31,418 nucleotides of DNA from the IMG/VR virus record IMGVR_UViG_3300049173_000043, positions 1-31,418 of that record; one strand, given 5' to 3'. Below the pieces are notes generated by a model. That model was not told the origin of the DNA, searched no databases, and saw nothing but the letters and a program-made list of their open reading frames with translations. The stretch comes from a virus (Duplodnaviria; Caudoviricetes). The position numbers were made by a program, and so were the translations under genes. Of this stretch, positions 7,693-17,346 are shown one piece after another (the stretch's first letter is position 1; each line of letters begins with the position of its first letter).

Positions 7693-8229
7693 CTAGGCAG
7701 CGGCTTCGTAGCGGCCCTGGTGCCACATCACGTCATCGGCCGCGAGCGCCGCGAAGGGAGCGACGCTGTCCCAGAACGCGGCGGCGGCAGTGCCGGGGGT
7801 GGCGAGCTGCCGCAGCGATCCGTTGGCGTGGTTGGCCGTGCTGCACTGTGCGGTCCCGTGCTGGTTGAGGGACGCGGACTCGTCCCGCCATACCACCCAC
7901 TGGCCCCGGTGCCCGGACCATGTGGCGGCTGGCGCCGCCGGGAGCGAGTAGTAGTAGTTCGCGGCGCCGGCGCCGTTGCCGTAGGTCGTGGTGCTGCCCA
8001 TGGTGAGGCGCTGCAGGTAGTCGACCGTCCGGCCGATCTTCATGTAGCGGGCGACGATCGTGCCGTTGCCGATAGCGGGCTGCGTGCCGGACTCGGCCCC
8101 CCACACGAAGGTGCCGCTGTAGTCGGTCCAGGCGCCGAAGAAGGTGTTGAACTGGTCGCGGATTTCCTGGTTGAGCAAGGCGGCGGTCACGACCTCGCCG
8201 ACCACCCAGGTACGCGGAGCGAACGTCAC
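7693..8229 (-). CDS. Minor tail/receptor-binding protein (178 aa)
   Basis: MTFAPRTWVVGEVVTAALLNQEIRDQ N-terminus and AIGNGTIVARYMKIGRTV...YSLP...GRYEAA, resembling actinophage fibre C-terminal domains. Confidence 0.7.
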   Translation of the reverse strand: MTFAPRTWVVGEVVTAALLNQEIRDQFNTFFGAWTDYSGTFVWGAESGTQPAIGNGTIVARYMKIGRTVDYLQRLTMGSTTTYGNGAGAANYYYSLPAAPAATWSGHRGQWVVWRDESASLNQHGTAQCSTANHANGSLRQLATPGTAAAAFWDSVAPFAALAADDVMWHQGRYEAAA

Positions 8230-8663
8230 TGCTGTGCCTCCTCGGCGAGCGGGTCTACGGCGTCGGAGGGCGGGTGCCCCCAGCTGACCGGGTCGTCGGG
8301 GTGCCACCAGTTCCGCAGGTGCGGCAATTCGTCGGCGACGCTCGCCTCGACGGCGGTCACGTTCTCCGGGAAGACGAGGGCGAGCCAGCCGTAGCCGCAC
8401 TCCGTGCACGCCATCCGGGGGTCGGCCGGTGTGACGACCTGCGCGGAGCCGCACGGGCAGTCGGCCACCCACCGGTTGTGGTTGATCCGCGCGTAGGCCT
8501 TCTGCCCGATCACGTGCCCGTCGGGCGGGCGCACCCGGCGCTGGACGCGGTCCTCGTACCAGCGGAACACCCGCTCAGCCGGGGGCACGAGAGCCCAGGC
8601 GTCAGGGCGGTGCGGGTGGGAGGGCAGGTAGAACGTCTCCGCCCGGACCACGGCGATCAGCAT
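8226..8663 (-). CDS. Tail-region protein with Cys motifs (145 aa)
   Basis: ARINHNRWVADCPCGSAQVV...MACTECG; GGAGGT RBS. Confidence 0.7.
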   Translation of the reverse strand: MLIAVVRAETFYLPSHPHRPDAWALVPPAERVFRWYEDRVQRRVRPPDGHVIGQKAYARINHNRWVADCPCGSAQVVTPADPRMACTECGYGWLALVFPENVTAVEASVADELPHLRNWWHPDDPVSWGHPPSDAVDPLAEEAQQ

Positions 8664-8671
8664 GTGACCTC

Positions 8672-11155
8672 CTAGTAGGCGAGGCGGGTCGTCGATCCGA
8701 GGACGGAGTACACGGCGTCGTCCAGCACCCACACGCTGTCGGTCGCCGACTTGCTGGTGTGGAACTGGATCACGTGACTGTTGCGCTTGATCGTCTCGGT
8801 GTAGCCCTCGACGGTGACCCGCATCGACGAGGCCGGCGCCTGCGGCGGCAGGCCGGTGACGGAGAAGTACGAGCCGATGTCGGCGTCGAGGATGTCCAGG
8901 TAGGTGGACATCGTGTAGGCCTCAATCGGTACCTCACGCAGCTCGGTCGGCGGGTCGGCATACCGGGACACCAGCCAGGCCGCCGCGTCCATGACGCTGA
9001 GGTCGGAAGTCTTCAGCAGCGCCAGCTGCTGGGGCTTCTCCCCGTAGGCGAGGACGGAGGCCGGCGCGGTCACCCGCTGCGTGGCCCCACCCGGCCGGGA
9101 GGCCTCGACGATGTTGACCATCTTCTGGTCGTCGTCGGAGGCCTCGACCTCGTCGGTGTCCAGGTCGGCGTAGGCGATGGTGAACACCTCGCTCGACGGC
9201 GAGGGGTTGTAGCGGATGTCCCGCGACTGGAAGGCGATGCCGTACCAGTCCCGCTCGGCGAACAGCTTCGCCGCCTCGGTCGTCTCCACCTCCCGCATCC
9301 GGGCCAGCGCGTTGGATCCGGCCGGCCCTTGGGAGGCGACCGCGTCGAACGTGCTGCCCCACACGGTCACGGAGTTCACGCCGCCGTACCGGGCCAGGCG
9401 TGCGACGCGGACGTCGGCGTCCTCGCCCGCGAACGCTGTGGTCCCGGCTTCGTAGCGCGTCTCCACGAATTCCGTGATCATCAGCGAGGTGGTCTGCGTG
9501 GGGCAGTGGGTGACCGAGAGATGGGCGATCTGCCCGTTGAACAGGCGGCCACCGCGGTACCCGCCGACGTGCAGATGCCGTATCCCGTGCATGTCCGGGG
9601 GGTTGTTCAGGGTGATGACCCCGAGTGCGCCGTCGATGTATGTCGCTTTGTTGGTGGCGGCCATGTCGAGCACGATGTGGTGCCACTGGCCGTCGGCTAC
9701 GACGTCGGCGGTGTTCAGCGTGGTCAGGGTGCCGCCGCTGTCGGTGTACTCCAGCACCAGCTCGCCGGAGGCGCTGAGGGTCAGAACCACCTGGTTGTCC
9801 AGGCCGGTTGAGTACAGGCCGAGGATCGCCCGGCTCACCGTCGTGGTCTTGATCCAGCACTCCACGATCATCTGCTGTGCGTCGGAGGCGGCCTCGAACA
9901 CGGCACCCACGTCAGCCGTGAGGTACTTGCCTGCGGACGAGGATGCCGGGGTGAACGTCGGTGCGCTCTCGCCCGTCTCGGCCAGGCCCTCGCCGCCGAA
10001 CTCGAGCGTCCCGCCGCTGCCGACCTGGGTGAGGGCGAGCGCGCCGCAGCCGCCGCCGGAGATGTCGCCGGCCGCCGTGGAATCGGCCGGTTCGGACAGC
10101 GGGTAGTACGCCGAGAGGGTGCCGGGGATGCCGGCGGTGTCCTGGTGAAGGATCTCCTCGGCCAGCACCGACCGCAGCGCGGGCGCGGTCCCGAGCCGCT
10201 TCAGCATGTCGGAGCAGGTGATCACCACTTTCGACGACAGGCCCTTCCAGCGCACCGGCCATTCGTTGACCACGCCCCAGAAGCGGGGCCGGATCTCCGC
10301 GCCGAGGAGGTCCCACTCGATGTAGCCGGACGTGCCGCCGGTGCGGGTGGTGGGGAAGTCGACGGCGTGGGTCTGCGAGGTGACCCACGCGGGGGTGGCC
10401 AGGGTGCGACGGGACGTCCAGATGAACCCGTCGCCGCTGGTCTCCCACGTCACTGTGCCGCCCGACTCCCGCACCCGCAGCCAGGCGTGGTCGATCGCGC
10501 TGTACGTCAGGTTCACAGCGGAGCCGTCGGCGAACCCGGTCTGCGACTGAGCGCTGATGATGCCGGTGCTCGCGTCGTACCTCCAGCCGAGCCGGGTGCC
10601 GGCCGTGGTCGAGGTGACCCACAGCGAGGCCGCGCAGTTCGACGATCCGTTGAGCGCGGGCACGGCCGCGAGTTTCGCGGTCAGCTTGCTGCCCGCCAGG
10701 CTCCACTGCCGGGCGGACGTGAAGTTCGTATCCACGCCCGGGGAGATCGTGATGCGGAGTCGGCCCTCGGCGGTCTCTGCCCCCGTCCCGCTCGTGTTCG
10801 TGGGCCAGAGCGTGGAGTTGACGCGGCCGTCGTCGAAGGTGTCACCGAGCATGGCCATCGGGTACGGCGCCGATCCGGAGAGGGTGGGCATGACCGCGAC
10901 ACTGATCCGGATCGGCGCCAGCTTCCGCACGAACGGCGAGTACGGACTGAGCGAGTTACCCGGCGTGAGCGCCCCGTCCTGGTTGTCCAGGAACAGCGTC
11001 GCCGTGCCCACCTGCGTCTCGCTCAGCTCGTCGGCCGCACCCCGGGTGATGCTGACGCCCTGGACCTCGTCGACCCTCGTCGAGATGTCCGTCCACGCGA
11101 TGGTGGTGGGCGCCTGCACCAGGCCACCCCACCCCATCTCCACCAGCAGCGGCAC
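8672..11155 (-). CDS. Large tail-tip/baseplate-hub protein with LamG/concanavalin-A-like domain(s)
   Basis: Directly follows the tape measure gene. N-terminal WTDISTRV..SITRG..LDNQDG hub-like region; LamG motifs AYYPLSE, VECWIKT, DGQWHHIV and FNGQIAHL. Confidence 0.8.
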   Translation of the reverse strand: MPLLVEMGWGGLVQAPTTIAWTDISTRVDEVQGVSITRGAADELSETQVGTATLFLDNQDGALTPGNSLSPYSPFVRKLAPIRISVAVMPTLSGSAPYPMAMLGDTFDDGRVNSTLWPTNTSGTGAETAEGRLRITISPGVDTNFTSARQWSLAGSKLTAKLAAVPALNGSSNCAASLWVTSTTAGTRLGWRYDASTGIISAQSQTGFADGSAVNLTYSAIDHAWLRVRESGGTVTWETSGDGFIWTSRRTLATPAWVTSQTHAVDFPTTRTGGTSGYIEWDLLGAEIRPRFWGVVNEWPVRWKGLSSKVVITCSDMLKRLGTAPALRSVLAEEILHQDTAGIPGTLSAYYPLSEPADSTAAGDISGGGCGALALTQVGSGGTLEFGGEGLAETGESAPTFTPASSSAGKYLTADVGAVFEAASDAQQMIVECWIKTTTVSRAILGLYSTGLDNQVVLTLSASGELVLEYTDSGGTLTTLNTADVVADGQWHHIVLDMAATNKATYIDGALGVITLNNPPDMHGIRHLHVGGYRGGRLFNGQIAHLSVTHCPTQTTSLMITEFVETRYEAGTTAFAGEDADVRVARLARYGGVNSVTVWGSTFDAVASQGPAGSNALARMREVETTEAAKLFAERDWYGIAFQSRDIRYNPSPSSEVFTIAYADLDTDEVEASDDDQKMVNIVEASRPGGATQRVTAPASVLAYGEKPQQLALLKTSDLSVMDAAAWLVSRYADPPTELREVPIEAYTMSTYLDILDADIGSYFSVTGLPPQAPASSMRVTVEGYTETIKRNSHVIQFHTSKSATDSVWVLDDAVYSVLGSTTRLAY

Positions 11156-11159
11156 GCGA

Positions 11160-14100
11160 TCACCCCACTCCCAGACTCACGTTGATGCCGGTCGCCCGCT
11201 TGAGCTGCAGCAGCTGGCGCTGCAGCTCGCGGGCGACCGCGACCGGGTCCGACGTCCCGGACACGTTGATGTCCACCCGCACCCGCTGTGGACCGGACGA
11301 GGCGACGACAGCGGGGCGCCCGGCCACGGCCGCGAACCCCGGGGCCGCGCGTCCCGCCATCCGGCCGGCCATGGTGTCCATGGCGCGGTCGATGAACGGC
11401 AGCCCCTCGATGAGACCGACGCCGACACCGCGGGCGGTGTTGATGCCGTCGGGGATCATGGCCCTGGCGGGGGACCTGATGCCGAGCGCCTTGCGCAGGG
11501 CCTTCTGCATCCCCTTGGCGATCTTCACCATCAGGGCCTCGATGCTTTTCTGCTGCGACGCCAGTCCGGCGAGGAACCCGCGCCCGGCGTTTTTGCCGGA
11601 GTCGTACAGGGCGTCGGCGCCCTTGCGGCCCAGCTTCTTCGCCTCGTCGTTGATTGCGTACTGGGTCGAGTTGATCTGGGTGAACGTCGCCTTGTCCGCC
11701 CCGGCCAGGGCGGACGCGTAGGCGTAGCCCTGCTCAGGCCCCATTTCCAGGATCTCGCGCAGCATCGTTTTGTTCAGGCCGCGCTTGGCCAGCTCGGAGA
11801 TGTACCGGGAGAACTGACGCATCTTCTCCAGGCGGGAGGCGAGCTTGCCCTTGATGCCGCCGGCGGATACCTCCTCCTGGTCCCCGCCGAACATCGTGCC
11901 CAGGCCCGCGTCCTGTTTGGCCTTGACCCGGGACGACTCGGCGAACTCCTTCGCGGCCTTGATCGTCGCGGCAATCTTGTCCCGCTGGCCCGCGAGACTC
12001 AGGAGCCTCTTCGTCTGCCGGTTGACCATCGCGACCAACCTGTTGTCCTTGGACCCGTCGAAGGCCTTCCAGATGTCGGCTGCCAAGTCCTTCGCGGTGG
12101 CCTTGATCTTGTCCTTGCTGCCGGTCATGCCGACGATCAGGCCCTTGCCGACGTCCGCCGCCAGCGCCTTCGTCCGCTTCGACGGCGAGGCGATCTGGAG
12201 CTCCTCGCGCATCCCGGCGATGACCGCCGCGGCCAGCTGGCGCGCGCCCCCCTTCACCATCGGCAGTCCGGCCGCCATGCCTCCAGCGAGCCCGGCGGCG
12301 ACCGCGGAGCCGGCGCCGCCCATCCCGGCCCCGGTGCCGAGGCGGTCCTCGTTGATGGCCTCGATGAGGGGCCGGTACTTGGCCGTCGCCTTGGCGTTGA
12401 TCATGTACTCGCCGTTGGACGCCATGATCGGGATGCTGTCGGAGGTGCCCGTGCCAGGGCCGTTGATCGGACCGCCACTCGGGTATCCGATCGGGCCGCC
12501 GGTGGCCATACGCCCGGCCGACCACTCCGACATGCTCTTGCCCTTGTACGTGTAAAACGTCTGAACGTGCGTAGTCACGACACGCCCGTCCAGCGCGTTG
12601 AGCGCTCCCGAGACGTTCCGGATTCCGCTCAGCGCCCCGCCCGTCGCCGCGGTCACCTCCACCTGTCCATTCGGCAGGCGGCGGACCTTCAGGCCGAACG
12701 ATGTCAGCACCGTCTCGGCGGACTTGCTGAGCGTCTTGAGCGTGACGCTCTTCGATCCGGGCGCGCGCTTCACCGCAGCGTTGAAAGCCTCCAGACCACG
12801 CTGGGCGTCTTCCTTGTCCATCTTGACGCGGGTGGTCTTGTTCGGGATCTTCAGGATTTGGTCGGCGAGCTGGCCAGCCTGCTTCTTCGTGAGACCCATG
12901 GCCTGCGCGGACTTGATGAACTCCCCGCGGCCACGCGAGTAGATCCCGCTGACGGCTTCCCAGCTGGAGCCCGACTCCCTCGCCGCTGTCGCCGCCTCGT
13001 CGGTCTTCGACGCCAGGTCATTCAGGGCGGTTGCTGCGGCCTGCGCCTTCGGACTGTTCAGGTCGAGCTTGCCGCCCACCATGTCGAGGGCGCCGGCGTT
13101 CTCCTTGGCTGCCTTCGCCGCCGAGTCGATGGCGGCTTCGAAGCCGATCATGCCGCCGAGACCCTGACGGTTCACGTCGTTGAGCGCGACGAGGGACTGC
13201 CGCAGTCCATCCGCTGATGCCTTCTGCGCGGCGAGCGCGGCCTGCGTCTTCTGCGCCTGCTTGCCGAACAGACCCTGACTCGCGGCCGCCAAGTCCTGCT
13301 CGAACTTGGCGTCCTTCAGCGAGGTCTTGTAGTCGTCGAGCTGCTTGGTGAACTCGCCGGCGTCCCGGCCGCCCTTGCCGTACTCCTTGGTCAGCGCCTT
13401 GAGGGCGGCCGCCGCCAGGTCGGCGTTGCCCGCCTGCACCATGCCCGCAAGGGACTTGTCGATCGCATCGATGTTCTCTTTGGCCTCTTTGACCGGCGTG
13501 CTGTCCCACCCGGTCCAGCCGACGAGGAACTGCTGCACCTCGTCCGCAGTCGACGGATCGGTGAGCGCCCGCACCTTGCCGTGCAGGTCACTCAGGTCAC
13601 TGCCGAAAGCTTTTGCGGCCTCGCCGGTGACCTTGCCCGTGGAGCCCAGCTCACGCAGAGACGTGGTGAGCCTGTCGACGTCCGGCGGTGCGTGCCCGCT
13701 GCGCTCGGCGAGTTCGGAGATGGCGAGGATCGCGAGGCCGATCCCGGTGCCCGCCATGGCGATCTTCGTGGTGCGACTGAGCGCCAACACGGCGGCCCTG
13801 ACCGCAGCCAGCCGGCCGGGCGCAGCGGCGGCTGCGGTGTTCATCGCGACGAGCCCGACGCCGAACCCGGCGAGCGCGGTGCGCGCGGCGACCAGGCCGA
13901 GCGCGGCCGCCTTTGTCAGCTTCAGCGCGATCGCCAGCTGCAGGAAGATCGCGATTGCCGACGGGGGCACTGCGGACACCAGCCCGGTCAGGACGTCGAC
14001 GACCTGGAGCAGGCCGACGCCGACGTCACTGCCCGCGTCGAGGACGTGGATCAGGGTGGTGCCGATGTTGTTCAGGACGCTCGCGACGGTCGGACCCTGA

Positions 14101-14927
14101 GCCCGCGCCCAGGCCATGAACTCGCGCGCGTTCTGCCCGACCTCGCCGGACTGCGAGGTGCGCAGCAGGCCGACGAGTTCGGTGTTGAGGTCGCGCAGGG
14201 TCCGGTTGGAGAAGGTGGTGAACTTGGCGTTGAGCGCGTCGAAACCGGGCGACGCCATCGCGCCGCCGAGGATCGTCATGAGCCGGCCGGTCTCTGCGGA
14301 GGTCCCCTTGACCAGGTCTCTGGTCTTGGGCAGCAGCGCGTTGGTGAGGGCGACGCCCTTCACGAGCGGCGCCATCGTGTCCCCGGCGAGCGAGTTCGAC
14401 CACTCGCGGGTCTCTTCCTTCAGCACGGACACCGCGGCCGCCGCCTGCCGGGTCTCCGGCGGCATCTTCGCGATCAGGCGCTGGTACTCGGCCTGCGCGG
14501 TGACGGCCTCCTTGGAGGTGGCCCCCGATTTGTCGACCGCGTCGCGGTACTTCTTGTGCGCCTCGGCGGCGTCCGACAGCTGGGAAATCTGCGGGACCAG
14601 GGCCGCGCCCATGACACCCAGGGCGACGGCGACCGTCCCGGCCCCGGCGGCGAGCGGGGCCAGCGATGCAGCTGCCGGGATCGCGGCCGGCGCCAGCAGC
14701 AACGTGGCCTTCTTCAGCTGGTCGACAGCCTTCGCGCCGGCCTGGTGGTCCCGCTCCAGGCCAGCGAGGTGGCGGGAGGCGTTGGTGGTGAACCGCCGCA
14801 TGGCGGCGTCCCCGTTGATGGACGCCGACAGCAGGCGGCGGCCCAGGCGGTCGCTGGCATCCCCGGCACGGTCCAGGACGCGACTGAGAGCGTCCCGGCC
14901 GGTGAGGACGAAGTTCATCGACGGCAC
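11160..14927 (-). CDS. Tape measure protein (1255 aa)
   Basis: Longest ORF, Ala-rich and helical with a central hydrophobic stretch. GGPINGPGTGTSDSIP..SNGEY and LGIRSP motifs. Follows the tail chaperones. Confidence 0.93.
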   Translation of the reverse strand: MPSMNFVLTGRDALSRVLDRAGDASDRLGRRLLSASINGDAAMRRFTTNASRHLAGLERDHQAGAKAVDQLKKATLLLAPAAIPAAASLAPLAAGAGTVAVALGVMGAALVPQISQLSDAAEAHKKYRDAVDKSGATSKEAVTAQAEYQRLIAKMPPETRQAAAAVSVLKEETREWSNSLAGDTMAPLVKGVALTNALLPKTRDLVKGTSAETGRLMTILGGAMASPGFDALNAKFTTFSNRTLRDLNTELVGLLRTSQSGEVGQNAREFMAWARAQGPTVASVLNNIGTTLIHVLDAGSDVGVGLLQVVDVLTGLVSAVPPSAIAIFLQLAIALKLTKAAALGLVAARTALAGFGVGLVAMNTAAAAAPGRLAAVRAAVLALSRTTKIAMAGTGIGLAILAISELAERSGHAPPDVDRLTTSLRELGSTGKVTGEAAKAFGSDLSDLHGKVRALTDPSTADEVQQFLVGWTGWDSTPVKEAKENIDAIDKSLAGMVQAGNADLAAAALKALTKEYGKGGRDAGEFTKQLDDYKTSLKDAKFEQDLAAASQGLFGKQAQKTQAALAAQKASADGLRQSLVALNDVNRQGLGGMIGFEAAIDSAAKAAKENAGALDMVGGKLDLNSPKAQAAATALNDLASKTDEAATAARESGSSWEAVSGIYSRGRGEFIKSAQAMGLTKKQAGQLADQILKIPNKTTRVKMDKEDAQRGLEAFNAAVKRAPGSKSVTLKTLSKSAETVLTSFGLKVRRLPNGQVEVTAATGGALSGIRNVSGALNALDGRVVTTHVQTFYTYKGKSMSEWSAGRMATGGPIGYPSGGPINGPGTGTSDSIPIMASNGEYMINAKATAKYRPLIEAINEDRLGTGAGMGGAGSAVAAGLAGGMAAGLPMVKGGARQLAAAVIAGMREELQIASPSKRTKALAADVGKGLIVGMTGSKDKIKATAKDLAADIWKAFDGSKDNRLVAMVNRQTKRLLSLAGQRDKIAATIKAAKEFAESSRVKAKQDAGLGTMFGGDQEEVSAGGIKGKLASRLEKMRQFSRYISELAKRGLNKTMLREILEMGPEQGYAYASALAGADKATFTQINSTQYAINDEAKKLGRKGADALYDSGKNAGRGFLAGLASQQKSIEALMVKIAKGMQKALRKALGIRSPARAMIPDGINTARGVGVGLIEGLPFIDRAMDTMAGRMAGRAAPGFAAVAGRPAVVASSGPQRVRVDINVSGTSDPVAVARELQRQLLQLKRATGINVSLGVG

Positions 14928-14929
14928 CG

Positions 14930-15154
14930 CTACTCACCGCCTTCCGACTGGGCCTGGTTGTGGAGTTCGATCCAGGCGGTGAGGTTGTAGAAGTCGACGA
15001 CGGTCAGCCCGTCGACGACGCCAGGGGTGTAGTGGAGGAGGTGTCCGAAGAGGGGGAGGTACTGGTCTCGGGCGAGTTCGATGTCGGGCTCGGGCTCGAC
15101 GACTCGCCGCCCTCCGCCTACCCCTCGGGCTCCGGCTCCGGGTCCTCTTTTGGG
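14930..15154 (-). CDS. Tail assembly chaperone T segment (-1 frameshift extension)
   Basis: The -1 frame from CCCAAAA (15154-15148) is open: RGPGAGARGVGGGRRVVEPEPDIELARDQYLPLFGHLLHYTPGVVDGLTVVDFYNLTAWIELHNQAQSEGGE*. It ends 2 bp before the TMP start. Absent from the ORF track. Confidence 0.85.
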   Translation of the reverse strand, partial: PKRGPGAGARGVGGGRRVVEPEPDIELARDQYLPLFGHLLHYTPGVVDGLTVVDFYNLTAWIELHNQAQSEGGE

Positions 15155-15564
15155 CCCTTGGCCATCTGCTCGATCAGGGCGCGCGCGTGCTCGGGGTCAG
15201 CCGCCGCGGTGTCCGGGAGTTCGGAGAGGATCTCCGCCACCTTCTCCACGGTCAACTCCGGGTCGGTGCCGACCATGCCGAAGGCGTTCTCGACGTAGTC
15301 GGTGACCTCCCGCCGGGACATCCGGGTGACCATCTCGTCGACCCTGGGGTCGAAGTCCCCGAAGCGCAGGGTCGGCTGGCGGCGCTTCTTCTGGACCCAC
15401 ACGATGCCGCGCATCGCGTCCAGATCCTCGTGCTCCAGGCCCTGCTGGATCTCGCCCCACTTCATATCGATCGTGCGCTGCACGATCGCCGCCTCCGACA
15501 CGAGGAGGTCCTTCGCGTCGTAGTGCTCGGCCTCGCCGTCGGCGGGGGTGTAGATGATGATCAA
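15118..15564 (-). CDS. Tail assembly chaperone G (148 aa)
   Basis: TTG start after AGGAG; MIIIYTPADGEAEHY...KGPKEDPEPEPEG*; slippery site near the 3' end. Confidence 0.8.
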   Translation of the reverse strand: MIIIYTPADGEAEHYDAKDLLVSEAAIVQRTIDMKWGEIQQGLEHEDLDAMRGIVWVQKKRRQPTLRFGDFDPRVDEMVTRMSRREVTDYVENAFGMVGTDPELTVEKVAEILSELPDTAAADPEHARALIEQMAKGPKEDPEPEPEG

Positions 15565-15575
15565 GACGGTTGCTC

Positions 15576-16088
15576 CTATTCGAGTCGGCGGCGCACGTCG
15601 TCCACGACGCGCTCCACCTCGCGCGTGATACGCGGCTGGTGGGATCGGACCGTCTTGTCCCACCACAGCGGCGTCGTGGTCTGCTGGGCCCACCGGCGAC
15701 GGTTGCCGAACACGGGGTGCCTGACCCGGCCGTCATTCAGGCGGTTCACCAGGCCCATGGGGATGTCCGACGGAAGCCGCGCTCTGTCGACATAGACGCG
15801 GGCGCCCGGGGCGCCGGCCGTCCGGACGCTGATACGGATCGCCTCAGCGATCGTCGCCCGCAACGGCCGAGTGGTGGGCGAGCGGCCGCCGCGGCCGCCG
15901 GCCTTCCGGCCCTGGGACGCGATGTTCAGACTGCGGACCGTGTCCTGCAGGTCGTCACGCAGCGGCTCGGCCGCCCGGCGGATGCGGCGCTGGAAGCTGC
16001 TGCGGATGTTCTCGTGGCCAGCCGCACGTAGCCGCCGTGACAGCTCCAGCAGCTGGCCGGTGCCGGTGATCCGGATGTCCTGGACCAT
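15576..16088 (-). CDS. Basic tail/neck protein (HK97 gp10-like)
   Basis: Arg-rich 170 aa, IRITG..L.ELSRRLR...RHPVFGNR..W. Located between the tail tube and chaperone genes. Confidence 0.6.
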   Translation of the reverse strand: MVQDIRITGTGQLLELSRRLRAAGHENIRSSFQRRIRRAAEPLRDDLQDTVRSLNIASQGRKAGGRGGRSPTTRPLRATIAEAIRISVRTAGAPGARVYVDRARLPSDIPMGLVNRLNDGRVRHPVFGNRRRWAQQTTTPLWWDKTVRSHQPRITREVERVVDDVRRRLE

Positions 16089-16099
16089 GCGACCTCACC

Positions 16100-17086
16100 T
16101 CACAGCGTGACGTCCGTGGAGATGATCTCGATCTTCGGCTGGTTGGTGCCGTCGAAGAGGCCGGTGAAGTTGAACGTCGGCTTCACGACCCCGAAGCCAT
16201 CAACAACCGGAGGGCCCTCGTCGATACGGATCGCGGGCAGCGTCAGCCGCCACGTCTCGAAATACGTCGTCTCGATCACCGGGCCGATGAACTCCCACAC
16301 GAGCGACGTCGCAGCGTCACTGGTGTGGAGGTCATCGAGGGCAGTCCCGACGTAGTCGGTCTCGATACTGCCGGTGATCTTGACCTGGTCGTTCTCGATC
16401 GGCTCCTTCTTGAGCCCGGCCTGCCCGGCGTAGAACCTTTCCGTGTCCTGCGGCCGCTCGATCTTGCACGACATCTTGCGGATGCCGTCGTGCGCCGCCT
16501 CCGCACCGAACGATCCGGTCTTGACCGCCATCTGCCCGAAGTGGAAGGGCGACATCGACGGGTAGCTTGCCGCGCCGAGCGTCTGCGATTCGTCGCAGTT
16601 CTTGCCGTCGAACTCGAACGTGCCCATCAACATCTCGCCCACCGAGCACGAGAACTCGGCGCTGGTGACCTTGCAGCCCACGAAGGACTTGTCGGTCACC
16701 GTGCCCGTCGTCAAGGGCACGCCTTTCTGGATAGACAAACTCTTGCCCGCGACCGAGGCGAGGGTGTGCGTCTGCAGGTACGCGGCCGTCGCCGCCTGCT
16801 GTACGGGCGTGACCGTGGTGCCCATCAGCGCCTGGTGCAATACGCCCATGCTCTTGTTCGTGATCTCCAGGTCGATGCTGCCCTGGACCTCCTGCCGGGT
16901 CAGCACCCGCCGCGCCGATAGCGGCAACAGACGGCCCGAGGCGATCCCCGCCGACTGCGCGGTCGTCTTCTTGAGCGCCAGGCCTTCCTTCGTGAACTCG
17001 ATGAACTTCGCCGGTGCGACGAACGTGCCGTACGTGACCTCGGCCGCGATGCCGAGCTGGGCGCCGAGACCCGATCCGATCGCCAT
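16100..17086 (-). CDS. Major tail tube protein
   Basis: MAIGSGLGAQLGIAAEVTYGT..., beta-rich 328 aa, in the expected position. No sheath gene is present. Confidence 0.82.
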   Translation of the reverse strand: MAIGSGLGAQLGIAAEVTYGTFVAPAKFIEFTKEGLALKKTTAQSAGIASGRLLPLSARRVLTRQEVQGSIDLEITNKSMGVLHQALMGTTVTPVQQAATAAYLQTHTLASVAGKSLSIQKGVPLTTGTVTDKSFVGCKVTSAEFSCSVGEMLMGTFEFDGKNCDESQTLGAASYPSMSPFHFGQMAVKTGSFGAEAAHDGIRKMSCKIERPQDTERFYAGQAGLKKEPIENDQVKITGSIETDYVGTALDDLHTSDAATSLVWEFIGPVIETTYFETWRLTLPAIRIDEGPPVVDGFGVVKPTFNFTGLFDGTNQPKIEIISTDVTL

Positions 17087-17089
17087 GGA

Positions 17090-17332
17090 TCAGTCCTCCT
17101 TCTGCGGCTTGGCCGCGGTCTTCTTCGCCGGGGCCTTGTGCGCCTCGGCGTGCGATGGGATGGCCGACGAGTCGTGGGACTTGGGCGGCTCGACTACCTC
17201 CCACGTCGTGGGCTGGCAGGCGTAGCCCTCGCACCTCTCGTCGGGAACCTCGACGATCTCGTCGGGCTCGACGGTCCGGCCCAGCTCGGGCACGGTGACC
17301 TGCTCGGGCCCCAGGAAGCGCACACGCGCCAT
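17090..17332 (-). CDS. Small virion-region protein (80 aa)
   Basis: MARVRFLGPEQVTVPELGRTVEPDEIVEVPD...KAPAKKTAAK; AAGGAG RBS. Confidence 0.7.
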   Translation of the reverse strand: MARVRFLGPEQVTVPELGRTVEPDEIVEVPDERCEGYACQPTTWEVVEPPKSHDSSAIPSHAEAHKAPAKKTAAKPQKED

Positions 17333-17346
17333 GACAGGACTCCTTC

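Noticed and set aside
10557-13217. 886-aa plus-strand ORF and similar long ORFs (19459-21030, 21878-23596, 28710-30911, 28777-30927)
   Set aside because: Antisense or off-frame shadows of well-supported tail, head and traB genes.
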